DNA of 64,000 nucleotides from Vitrella brassicaformis CCMP3155 (taxonomy: Eukaryota; Protista; Chromerida), in assembly GCA_001179505.1 (NCBI GenBank), contig CDMY01000040.1, positions 62,001-126,000 on the forward strand. The letters run 5' to 3'. Under the pieces are notes generated by a model that did not search any database, was not told the origin of the DNA, and saw nothing but the letters and a program-made list of their open reading frames with translations. This document shows, piece after piece, positions 53,301 to 64,000 of the stretch (position 1 is the stretch's first letter; each line of letters opens with the position of its first letter). The position numbers and the translations under genes were made by a program.

Positions 53301-55423
53301 GGCTTGGCCTTGAGCGCCTTGGCCAGCCACATCTTGACGCACACCTCGTCGTAGGGGAGGAAGTTGACGGCCTCCGTCATGTTAAACCTGCACATACATA
53401 CACACACACACACACGGGCAAACACATAGAAGACAGAGACAGACAGCCTCATTGGATAAGTGGTGGACAGATGGATGGATGGATGGATGAACGGATGGAT
53501 GTGCGTGAGTACCCGAGGTTGAATCCCTCGTGGTAGGCGCCTGGCAGCGTGACGACAAAGTCTCCCTCCTCCTGAACTATGCTGCACTCGACACACGACG
53601 CACCACCCACTCGACAGACACAACAATTAACCCATGCACGGACGGACGGACGCACTCATTCCTCTGGCCTCCCTCCCTCCCTCCCCATAGCTCACCGGTA
53701 TACGGGGATGCCGGCCTCGATGAGGATGCGGGGGTGGATGAGGATGGCCTTGTGCCGGATGTACTCACCGCTGAACATACCAAACAAACAGACAGACAGC
53801 CAACCATGCGCAGACAGACAGACAGACAGAGAGATGGATGGATGGATGGTGTGTTGCCTGGCTGGTTGGCTGGCTGGCTGGTTGGTTGGCTGACCACCGA
53901 GCGAACTCCTCGGGCAGGTGCGATTTCGCCAACTCGTCCACGGCCCCGCTGAACGCGGCAGGCACCACATACCACACCCTAACAGACAGACAGACAGACA
54001 GACAGATTGTGTGTATGGTTGTGTTGCCGTGGTGGTGTTGTGGTTGTGCGTACTTGGCCTTGCCCATGTGCCAGCCCTTATGACTGAAGTTGATCGACGG
54101 CAAATCCAAATCCTGACACACAAGCACACACAGACAGACAGACAGACAGAGAGAGAGACGAGGGGGAACACTCCATTCATCCATCCATCCACATGGCCTC
54201 CCCACCCTCTCCCTGTCCACCGACTCACTCACCTCTTTGTGGAGGCCAAAGGCCGAACAGAACTTGCCTGAGTGACCGCAGAAACAGCACCAGAGACGCT
54301 AACGGCTCTTCCCTCCCTCTCCGTCTGTCTGTGTGTGGTGTGGTGTGATGTGATTTGTGCTGTGTAGTTGTGTCCTACCGAGGTATGAGTATGGCGTGTT
54401 GATGCCGGCCATGTAGGGCATGAGGCGCACGGCGTTCCCCAGGAAGAGCCCCAGGTTGAGCCCCGGGCACTTGTCGATGCCGTCAAACATCGTCTTGTCG
54501 AGGTTGTCCGCGTAGTACCGATATCCGCACTTGCCGCTCGTAAACTGAATGAAGCCATGCGTCCGTCCACCACACATAACACACAAGACAACACCACAAT
54601 AACACAACACAACACAACACAACACAACACAAGACAGCACGGTAGCACCACACCACACCAGTTCCTCAGTGCATGTGTGTACCAGGTTCCAGACGTTCTT
54701 CTCGGTCTCGGGGTTGAAGGTGCTGGTGATCGGGAAGGGCGTCGGGCCGTCGGCCATGTCCATGAACCTCTTGGCCTTGAACCTGCAACACACATCCACA
54801 CACACACACACAACGCACCGACACAGATGGATGGATGGATGGATGGGCGTCGCATCTCGTGGTGTCCATCCATGCATCCACACGTCGATGCGCGCATGGT
54901 GCTTACGTCCTCTTGTCATTCCGCATCTCGATCTGCATGATGCCCTCGGCCGCGCCACGCCGCTTGACCACTGTACGCCCACACACAACACACCAAAACA
55001 ACACCAATACAACACAGATCCTCTCTGTTTGTATGTGCGAGCGGCCATCCATCCATCCATTCACTGACCCTTCTGGCGGGTCTTGTGGGTCACCCTAAGC
55101 TTCTCGAAGAACGCTTTGTCGAACCCCTTGGCGGACGAGCGAAACTCAGGGGCTGGCCGCAACTGCACCACCATACACACACAGACAGACAGGCACAGAC
55201 GCACCCCCGTCCGCAGCCCCACAGCCCCACAATGGTGGTCATGGCTCTGCCTGCCCGTGTCTGTCGTGTGACTTATCCATCCATCGCTTTTGTCGTGTGT
55301 ACCAGGAGGCCGCCCTGCTTCTCGCCCTTGATGAAGAGTTCCCGCCACTTCTCGGGGGTGAGGTTGCCATCTGCCGGGATGGGCGTCGCCTTGATGTCTA
55401 TCACCTTCTTCTGCCAGCTGCAC
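50317..55423 (-). CDS. KDM4/JMJD2-like JmjN-JmjC histone demethylase with a C4 zinc-finger-like segment and a long disordered C-terminus; start and end approximate
   Basis: YYAD, AGINTPYSYLG, AFGLHKE|DLDLPSINF (HxE at 54233-54241), AKYWYVVP, CGEYIRHK, IVQEEGDFVVTLPGAYHEGFNLG|FNMTEAVNF and PCKCG match the KDM4 catalytic and Zn-binding pattern. A JmjN-like segment lies at ~55100-55420. Confidence 0.85.
51030..51886. repeat. Segmental duplication, copy B (direct repeat of ~32755-33597), inside the JmjC gene
   Basis: Same sequence block as copy A; this copy keeps an open frame (DTGSYLRLPWGGVGLAFPP). Confidence 0.9.
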
Positions 55424-55858
55424 ACATCACAACACGACACCAGGAAGCGCTATGCCTTCCCAGCAGTGCAGCCGCATATCCCCTGTGCTCCTCTCACTCT
55501 TCGAGCTCAACAGCCGCCGCAGGCTGTCCATCCGACGCACCAGGCATCGCTACCTGCTACCCACCAGCAGGAAAGGACACTCCAGGTGGAAAGCTCGCAA
55601 GCTAATAATTCCGTGAAACCGCTGTGAAGGAACGCCAAGGAAAGTTTTCGACCTCCTCCTTCACCTCTGCTCCTTCCCTGCACGACAAAGTAAGCGGCAG
55701 AAGAATCCATCAGCTCCACCACACGAGCACACGGACACGCACAAGCCAGAGTCCCATCCATCGCCTTTTCCCTGCCTGTCTCCAGCCAACCGAGCACTCT
55801 TTCCGCCTCATCGCCTTCCCCCGCTGCTGCTGGCTGCTTGCCGCCTGTCATCTTCAGC

Positions 55859-57700
55859 ATGACCCGATCTCTCCTGCGTCTGCTGCCGTCACTGGCCGTG
55901 TTGGCCTCCATCTTGCCGGTCTCGCCACACGCGAGTGGCATCTCTGATGTGCGTCGTCTCGAGAGCTCCGCCACACGGTGGCTGATGCAACGGGCGGGGC
56001 TCGGCTTGTCGGGCAACATCGCGCTTGCGTCGGGTGCCACGGGTGGCGCTGGTGGGGCGCTGCGAGGCATGCAGAGACGACCTGCGTCGGCAGAAGTGGT
56101 GAGAGGGACGGGGGAAAGCGTCTCGCATCATGGTGGCATGTGTCTCTGTGTCCTCTGTGTTGTGTGGTGATGCGGTGCAGCTGGTGAACCAGACCTTCAC
56201 GTGCAGCTTCCCCGAAGACGGTGAGCAGAGCAGACAACACCACACCACAGCCCAGTTCACTCACTGAATGAGCTTATCATTGTGTTGCTATTCGTTGTGT
56301 TGTGTGGACCAGACTGCAGCAACGATCCCGACCACCACGGTGAGCTGTCCAACTACACGCACTGCTTCGACGGCCGTCCGCACGCCCACGACTGGCTGCA
56401 CTGGATCATGGACATCGACATGAGGTGCACCGACGTCTACAACGAAAACGGCACCGAACTCGTCACCTGCAAGGACCTCGCCCCCTACCAGCAGGAGACG
56501 CACGACCTGCTCTCGCACTGCCAGGAGGACTCGGACCTGATGATCGGCACCTGCTACTACGTCTGCATCCAAGGTCGCACGACACGGGAGGGAGACCACA
56601 TGGATGGATGGATGGATGGATGGGGTCTGACTGGTGTGGTGTTGGCGTGTTTGTTTGCAGGGCGTCCTGTGTACCGGTGTGAGCTCAGGTTCGACCCCGA
56701 GAATAAGCACCTCATGCGACACGAGGCCATCAAGAAATGTAAGTCAGTCGACCTAGAGGCAGGCCAACATAACATACATACATACGCACCAACCCAGCCG
56801 CCCAGCAGTGACCTCTCACTGCCTCACTCACCCACCCCACCGACGTGTGCGTATGGCTCCGTGGCTGCAGGCAACTGGAATGCCGTGTGCCTTAACGCGA
56901 CTACAGAGCTCAACCAAGTCGTCTGCACAGGGTAGGCGTCAGCGCTTTTCACGCACGCACCTCAACACACTCCTACAACCACATCTCACACTTCGCCTTG
57001 TCTGTTCGTTGGTTTGTTTGTTGGTTGGGTCCTTCTTCCCTTCCTTCTTCAGTTGGGACGACGAGCAGCCGCACCCCAACGCCGGGTCGGGTTCTGACAT
57101 CGGCCCCGGCCAGAGCTTCGAGAGGCAGACTGCGGACGGCTCAGCGGAGGAGGAATCGCGCCTCCCGCCCCCACCACAAGCACTCAACGAAGACGGCTCC
57201 TTCTCGGAGGCCAACGTCCCCACACAGCAGAAGGCTGCAACACCCGCCACACAGTCGGAAGAATCAGAGAGCCGCAGCGAAGGCGTGGCCGCGACCGTGT
57301 CTGAGCGCGTTGAGTCGTCGAGGATAGCGAGCATCGACGGCGGCAGCGACGGCCGGCACATGGCGTACGAGATCATAATCGGTGTGCTCGCCGGTGTGGT
57401 GGTGCTGATTACGGCTGGGGGCGTGGCGTGGTGGTGCTACCGCAAGAAGGGGCTCCTCAGGAGCGGAGATGTCTCACCTTCTGTCAGCCATGTCTACCCT
57501 GGAGGTAGGTATCGATGAGCCAATGGGAGGGAGGGACTAGGGCTGGCTGGGACACGTGTCTCTGTCTGCTTTGTTGTGGGTTGTCTGTTGGTGCAGGCGG
57601 TGGTCCGATTGTTGTAGGCAGGCCTGCCTCAGACTCAGCCGTGCAGGTGTGCACTGCACGCAAGACAGAGAGACAGACGGAAATAACACCGGCACCAAGC
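55859..57700 (+). CDS. Type I membrane glycoprotein: signal peptide, Cys-rich ectodomain, Ser/Glu/Ala-rich stalk, TM, short cytoplasmic tail; 3' end approximate
   Basis: MTRSLLRLLPSLAVLASILP signal peptide. Phase-consistent Cys-containing exons (LVNQTFTCSFPED; DCSNDPDH..GTCYYVCIQ; GRPVYRCELRF; NWNAVCLNATTELNQVVCT). N-glycosylation sequons NQT, NYT, NGT, NAT. TM IIIGVLAGVVVLITAGGVAWWCY followed by RKK. Confidence 0.7.
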
Positions 57701-60700
57701 CATGTCGACACATTCTCTGCCTGCCTGGCCTGTGTATTGGACTCTGTTGATTGGAACTGTTCAGCTCGACAACTCTCAATCGTTCAACCCTGGCGACCCG
57801 CCAATCAAGCCCAAGACGGCAAAGTCTGCACCACCAAGTCGGCAAGTCACGGCTGTCTGACCAACTCAAATAAGCAGTCAGACAGCACGCGACTCTTTAC
57901 TTTTCGTTTCCTCTCCCTCCTCTTCTTGCGTTGCGTTGCGTTGCCTGTGAGCCATGCACCCATCCACTCATCCATCCCTCTCGTCTTTTTTTCATGGGAC
58001 GGGGGAGCGGAGGCCGGCCGGCTGGCAACTTTCTCTGTCTGTCTGTCTGTTAGATGGCCCTGCATTCCCTGCTGCAGTGCCTACTCTGTGCCTGTGCCTG
58101 TGCCTGTGCCTGTGTTCGCCTGCCTACCCTGTCTGCCTGCCTGCCTGCCTGCCTGTCTGTTGTCTCTCCCCGGTTGCCTACCAGCTCTTAGGAGAGGGAT
58201 TGTTGTATATGTGAGTGACGATGCCTGCGTTCATGCGCGCTCTCGTTGATGAGGATGGAGGCATGGCATTGTATTGATGGCGTGCGTGGCGTGGCAGATG
58301 ATAATCGCAGCCAGCATTGATGGCTGCTCGCTGCCAGCTGACGGACTGACTGCCTGGGGCGGAGTCGTGTGTGTGTGTGTGTGTGTGTGTTGTGTGTTTC
58401 CCTTCCTTTTCATCCGTTTCCTGGTGCCAGTGCGCACCTTCCTGGCGCCCATCGGATCGGTGAGGGCGGCGCGGGACGGCGGCTTCCACCGCACTCGCGT
58501 GCTTCTCATCCGTATGTCTGTGTTGTGTTGTGTTGTATGTCTGCGTTGCTCCATCGGCCACTCACAAAGACCCGATCTTTTTGTGGCGCCTCGTGGGTGG
58601 TTGGCTGGAGATCATTCAGTGCCTTCTGTCGATATATCTGGTGAGACAGCTCTCCCTTCGTATGATTGATTGATGGCTGGCTGGCTGGCTGGTTTTTCTA
58701 TACGCCCCTCTGTGTGTGTCTCTCTGATGTCCGTCTGAGATTGACCTCTCGCTCTCTCCCTCTCTCTCCTCTCTATCTGCCTGTCTTTCTGGCTGCCTGT
58801 CTGTCTGTCTATGTATGTATACGTGGGTGGACGGATGCGACTGCGGAGAGACATCGTGTGGGCGAGGGGGTGGCCGTCAAGGGGCGCTTTCACATCCTTG
58901 CCCCTCCCCTGCCCAGCCAGCCAAATGAATTCGTAAGTGAGATCTGCTACCACAGAGCGAGAGAGAGATAAACACAAGGGGGCTGCCTCGACGGACACAC
59001 GCACCACTGCTAGCCTTCCCATCTCCGTGTGGGCTTTTCTGCAAACAATCAACACGCTGAGTTTAGAGAGAGAAAATGGGTCGTCTAGCGCTGTGTCGGT
59101 CGGTCGTTGTCAATGTCGGTGTCGATGTCGATGAATGCCCCTCTGCTTGCATTCCATCCTCCCTCTCTGTCTCTCTCTCGCAGCGCATGCAGACAGCACA
59201 GCATGCGCGCCGGCGAGCTTGGCCAAACAGGAAGGGCTTGAGGCAGCTGCTGGTGCGCCCGAAGGAAGAGAGTCGTATTTCGTGTCCCGTGCGTTGGTTG
59301 GTACCTGATGAGTTGTGTCTTGGGTTTTGGTGATGGGTGGGCTGCATGGATGGGTGGACGGGGGAGGGGGGAGGGGCATCACATTATATGATCATACCGA
59401 CTCTTTTTCGCTCTGGTATGCCGGCCCTTCATCTTTCTAACTGACTGACTGGACCACCTCAATAGGTGGCCTCTCTGCCTGCCTGTCGTGGTGTAACTAA
59501 ACCTGTGTCGCACTCTGCTTGGTACACACACACGCTCATGTGTTATCGCACCAGCCTGTTTATTGGCTGCCAGGGCATCGCGGTCGCATGGCTGGTTGAC
59601 TATTGAACGTTGAGCTTTCTTGTAGGGTCTTTAAGGCTGCCGTGCTGCTGCACCGCCCTATCGGGGGACCGAGGGAGGGAGCCACAGCCATCCATCGTGT
59701 TTGTTGCCTTCACACTTGCACGCACATGCACACACAAGTGAAAAGGGGGGGCCTTGCTTTTTGCGGACCCTTGTTGTGGCCACTGACCGTGTCACTCACC
59801 ATGTCTCTCGCCCGCGTCTGGTGTCGCTACCGTTATTCCCTTTTGCGTTTCTTCGGATTGAGGAAATGGCCATACCATTGAGATGGTCGCCGCTTCGTCA
59901 TTCACCCATCCACTGAGTGTGTGTGTTGTGTGTGTGAGAGAGAGAGAGTGTGCGTGGGTGTCTTTAAGTGACGCGGAAGTTGTTTGACGTGTCAACGAGT
60001 GAGCGAGCTGCCTCGCCATGTTGTCGACCTTTATCCATCCATGCGTGAGCTCCTGTCTGATGGGTGGGTGGGTGAGTTGGTGGGTTGGTTGGTGGGGGCA
60101 CTGACATGCACACGTACGTACGCACTCTCTCTCACGCAGTCCCTAACACGACTGGCGCACAACCGACCGATGCGTGTGTGTGGGCCCCTTGCTGCCTTGG
60201 ATCGGGGCGTATCTGTCAAGGCACATGGAGGGATCTTGTGTGTGGGATGACGGCATCCCGAAACCATGTGGTGTGATGTGATGTGATGGAATGATTGCAC
60301 GGAGGCCTGCCCACTTACTACGCCATTGGCTGGCCGACTGGTGTCTCGGGTGAACTGCGTGGCTGGCTACTGTCTGTCTGTCTGTGTGGATGCCCTGGCC
60401 ATGCATACACACGAACAACATACATACATACATGCATACATACATCCGAACAAACTACTTGCTATATCGCTAGATTTGTGGTACCACCTACCTGTGCCTG
60501 CGACGTGATCGATGGTCCATGCAGCACACGCACACGCATCCTCACGCCTATCGCTCCCTGAGTGAGCACTTGTCTCCGCAGTCGTCAAGTCCATTCCATT
60601 GCATCCCATGCATCAGTCATTCCTTCAGGTGAATGACTGACAACCATATTACTATCCGTACAGACATGCACAAAACCACCCAGCCCCCTTTTTAGTGCAC

Positions 60701-60983
60701 CGTCCCGGCCGGGCCGGCATTCTGTGTGCATCCTTGCTGTGTGTCTCGACGTGTCCTCTCTCCCGTATGTGTGGACTGACTGACTGACTGCTTGCTTCAT
60801 GGTTTGTTGTTGCGCCCACTCGCTGTGCATGGTCGCCCTACCGGGCAAGTGGGGGACAGGGGAGTGAGTCTTGTGTGGTGCTGGGTCACTTGGTTGGTTG
60901 GTTGGTCAGTTAGTCGGTCCGGCGACTGAACGCACACACGATGACTTTATCTTGTCATTTGCCGCCGTGTTAATGCGAATCTT

Positions 60984-63019
60984 ATGGAAAGGGCAAGAAA
61001 GTACAAATGGGATAGTACTGAAAGCCCCAGCAACGATCGGGCCCCAAGGACTCATTCATCGAGAAGATGGCGATGGATTGTGAGCGTGACGGCTCGCTTG
61101 ACGCCCTTGAACAGCCGGCAGTGCCGTTGGATTGTAATGAGACCTTCAAGGCGACAAATGATGACCTCTCGGTCAGCCCCCGCTGACACGAGGCAGAGAT
61201 CATCACTGATTCAAGCTGTGTGTCTTCTGCAGGGACTTCATGCACCCGCAGAAGCCCACGACATCGCACAAGTCCAGAGTGACGTCGTGCACCCGGCCGA
61301 GTCTGAAGCAGCACCAGTGGAAGAACTTCAGCAAATCCAGAGGCAGCTGAGGGAACTGGAGTCAGCTGGTAAGCTCACTCTAGCTCACTCATGGAGACTG
61401 GCAAGCAAGACCGTCCACGACTCAAGCCCGTGGCATCCCTTGCTGCATGTTTGTGGTGTGGGGCTTTGTCACTCAGGTCAGTACGACCGTGCGGCAGCCT
61501 TGCGCGTGCATCACGACCGGGTGCGGCAGGAAGAGGAGGAGCGACAGCAGCGGCTGGTTGTCGAGGCACAGTCGGAGGAGCTCCAGATGGTGGCCAACAC
61601 ACCCATCTCCACTCGTTCGTGGACTTGATCCATTTCTGCGGCCTTCGCTTTGTTCAGGTCGAAGACTGGCAGAGACAGCAGTTTCTCCAATTCAGGTGGG
61701 CGCACCACATGCAGCAACGGCGGTCTATGCCTTTGCATGGCTGCCTTTTGTTCCTCCCTGTGTGATGCAGCAATGCATGGGACAAGTACATGGCCGATTA
61801 CGAAGCGACAGCATATGCGTCGCTCGAAAGACTGCAGGTCAGCTACATTCACACGCAGAAGAAGCGGTCGTGTACCAGCCAGCCGTGGGTGCGTACACGC
61901 GCGTGAGGTGCAGGAGCAGCATACCAACGAGGTGGCGGAGTACCATAGAAGTCTCGTGTCATATTTCCAGGCGTAAGATGCCTTATTCCCATCGCCGGCC
62001 CAGAATGGACACCGAGTTGTGTGTCTGTGTCTCTTCTTGAAAAAGGCGGAAAGCGAAATCCTCAGTTTCCCTTCTGGAACTGCGCAAGAAGCAGGCTGCG
62101 CTTGGTAAGCCTGTTGCTGTGACGCTGTTTCGTAGATGGGCCATATGTTTTCCTTTGCGGCTTGACTGCAGCTCGTCTGGGTGCTTACGGTGAGGCTCAC
62201 ATCGTCCAGGTGCAGGCAGATCATCTGGTGAGCGTCTCCTTCCCTCGAACGCAAATCGGATAAGCTGGTCTTGATGGCATCCTCACAGGAGCGGGAAGAG
62301 CGGCGGCAACATGAAGCCGCCACGTCAAACCTGATAGCAAAAAAGGTAGGTGAGGGGAGTCAGGTTACGGTAAGAAGGGCGATCTAATCCCACTTTGCCT
62401 TTTGATGGTGGCCTCAGGAGGACAAACTTCGGCAGAGCCAGCACCTTGAGCTGCAGGCGTTGCTGAGACGGATACAGAGAGATCGGGCGGAGCAGATAAA
62501 GAAGAGGCAGATCGACTCAGCAAGACTGATTCAAAGAAACAAGAATCTCAAGCAGGATCTGTAAGTTGTTGCTGGGAATCAGTCTTGCAGATCTGTTTCC
62601 TCATAAGTGTCTCTGTGTGTGTGTGTGTGTGTGTGTGCAGACTGAAGAGACAGGTGGGCAAAATGGCAAAGAGCCCACACCTGCACAAAAGCATCTGTCA
62701 TTCATTCTCTTGTGTCTCCCAGTTCACTGAGGCACAACGCGCGGGCCAAGCGATCAAGCACGTCTTGGGGAGACCGCTGGATTCACACACCGCAACAACA
62801 GCAGCAGCAACAACATCCAATGCGTCCCCATCAACATGCCTGCGGCGAACGGCTGACGACTTCTTTACCGATGAAGTGCCTTCGATGAAGAGTGCTCGAC
62901 TCACGTCACGAGCAGCACTGACAATGACCTATGGCGAGTCTCAATGTGCGAGAGGTATACTCACATGCCCCCCCCACACGCTTATTGACCCCTCCTTTCT
63001 GTTGTTCATCCAGCCGTAG
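60984..63019 (+). CDS. Probable coiled-coil protein, multi-exon; boundaries uncertain
   Basis: Exon-like Gln/Glu/Arg-rich segments EELQQIQRQLRELES, RQEEEERQQRLVVEAQSEELQM and QHLELQALLRRIQRDRAEQIKKRQIDSARLIQRNKNLKQDL (~62416-62560), flanked by AG/GT sites. Confidence 0.45.
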
Positions 63020-64000
63020 TCCGCAAATGACAGCCGGAGTCTTGTTTGGTGGTATCGGGGGATGAGAGGGTGGGAGAAGGTAGATGCAAGCACGTGGGAG
63101 ACGGCTTGCATCTACGTGCTTGCAGACGCCCGAAGATTCGCTTTCCATGTCCTTTCAGCTCTCTTGTTGGCGCGTTCTTCCTGACGCCGCTTGCTTCTGG
63201 CTGAGGATATCACAGCCCGCCAGCCTTGTCTGGATTTGCTTCCTTGAATCCGCTCTGCTTGCGTGGACACAGCTTAGTTGCTAGTTTGTATGTGTCCTAC
63301 ATTTGTCACATGATGACGACACTGCATATATCATACAGAGAAAGCATACACACAAGAATAGCCTTCCTTATTTCTGGAAGGCTGCATTGCGGGCCTCCTC
63401 TGCCTGCACGTTGGTCAGTCGTCAGGCCTGATGAATATACGCCATGACATACCGGTGACCGCCTCTTCCCTCACGAGTTCTCTGTCCGCTCTGGACTTAG
63501 GCTCCGGACTGGTGTGTACAATGCATGCTTTGCTATGTCTCCCGTTCCCTCACGATGTGTCGATTGCACATGCGAGGAGCGAACAAAAGGTCAAGAGGTT
63601 CATGTACACACACCACATAGACAATCACTCGACGTCACTCGAGCAAGGGAGCCAGGGGGGAGAGAGAGCATAGCACGGCCACGTCGGCAAGTTGTCTGGT
63701 GGAGCGCACTCTCTCCTCACGTTGAGGTGATGCAGCTTTCCTTGGTGCAGCAGAATTCGATGGCAGGCAAGATGGGGGCGTCTCGCAAATGCGAGCCGAG
63801 TCATCCCCCCACCGGGTGGGTAGTTGGTGTGTCCCCCCACCTAGCAGTCTTTGCGTCCGTCCAAACATCATATAAGTGGCCCGAGTGTACGCACACATCG
63901 TTTCCGACGTTCGATGCGTCGTTTCAACTTCGCTGCCGCCCTGTTGGTCGGCCTCTCCACCCTCAGGCAGCCCCTCCTGGTGGCCCAGCGCAACTATGAC

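Noticed and set aside
57750-60950. Many short ORFs in a ~3-kb interval
   Set aside because: Translations are dominated by microsatellite-derived CV/LS/DG/TH repeats; treated as UTR or intergenic.

Overview
Eukaryotic, GC-rich, intron-rich genomic DNA. Short GT-AG introns and intergenic DNA are saturated with microsatellites (CA/TG, GATG, GACA, CT). This style, a Ca-sensor-fused PIP5K and a flagellar-assembly gene suggest a flagellated alveolate, probably a chromerid such as Vitrella (inference only). All gene models were spliced by eye, so boundaries are approximate where stated. Left to right: (1) a partial multi-TM protein resembling the membrane anchor of cyclase/PDE enzymes; (2) a divergent IP3-receptor/ryanodine-receptor-family Ca2+-release channel that appears to lack the N-terminal ligand-binding region; (3) two orphan genes; (4) a CRAL-TRIO protein; (5) a large F-box/LRR-like protein broken up by disordered inserts; (6) MPDU1; (7) small orphans; (8) a head-to-head pair of F-box-like paralogs, one decayed; (9) a decayed SET-domain gene; (10) a 300-nt assembly gap; (11) class III alcohol dehydrogenase; (12) an EF-hand(NCS)-PIP5K fusion; (13) CFAP298/C21orf59; (14) a KDM4-like JmjN/JmjC demethylase sharing a ~0.85-kb duplicated block with the SET gene; (15) a Cys-rich type I membrane protein; (16) a coiled-coil protein. 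No rRNA, tRNA, CRISPR array or recognisable transposase was seen. The most notable item is the short IP3R/RyR-like channel with an atypical pore motif.
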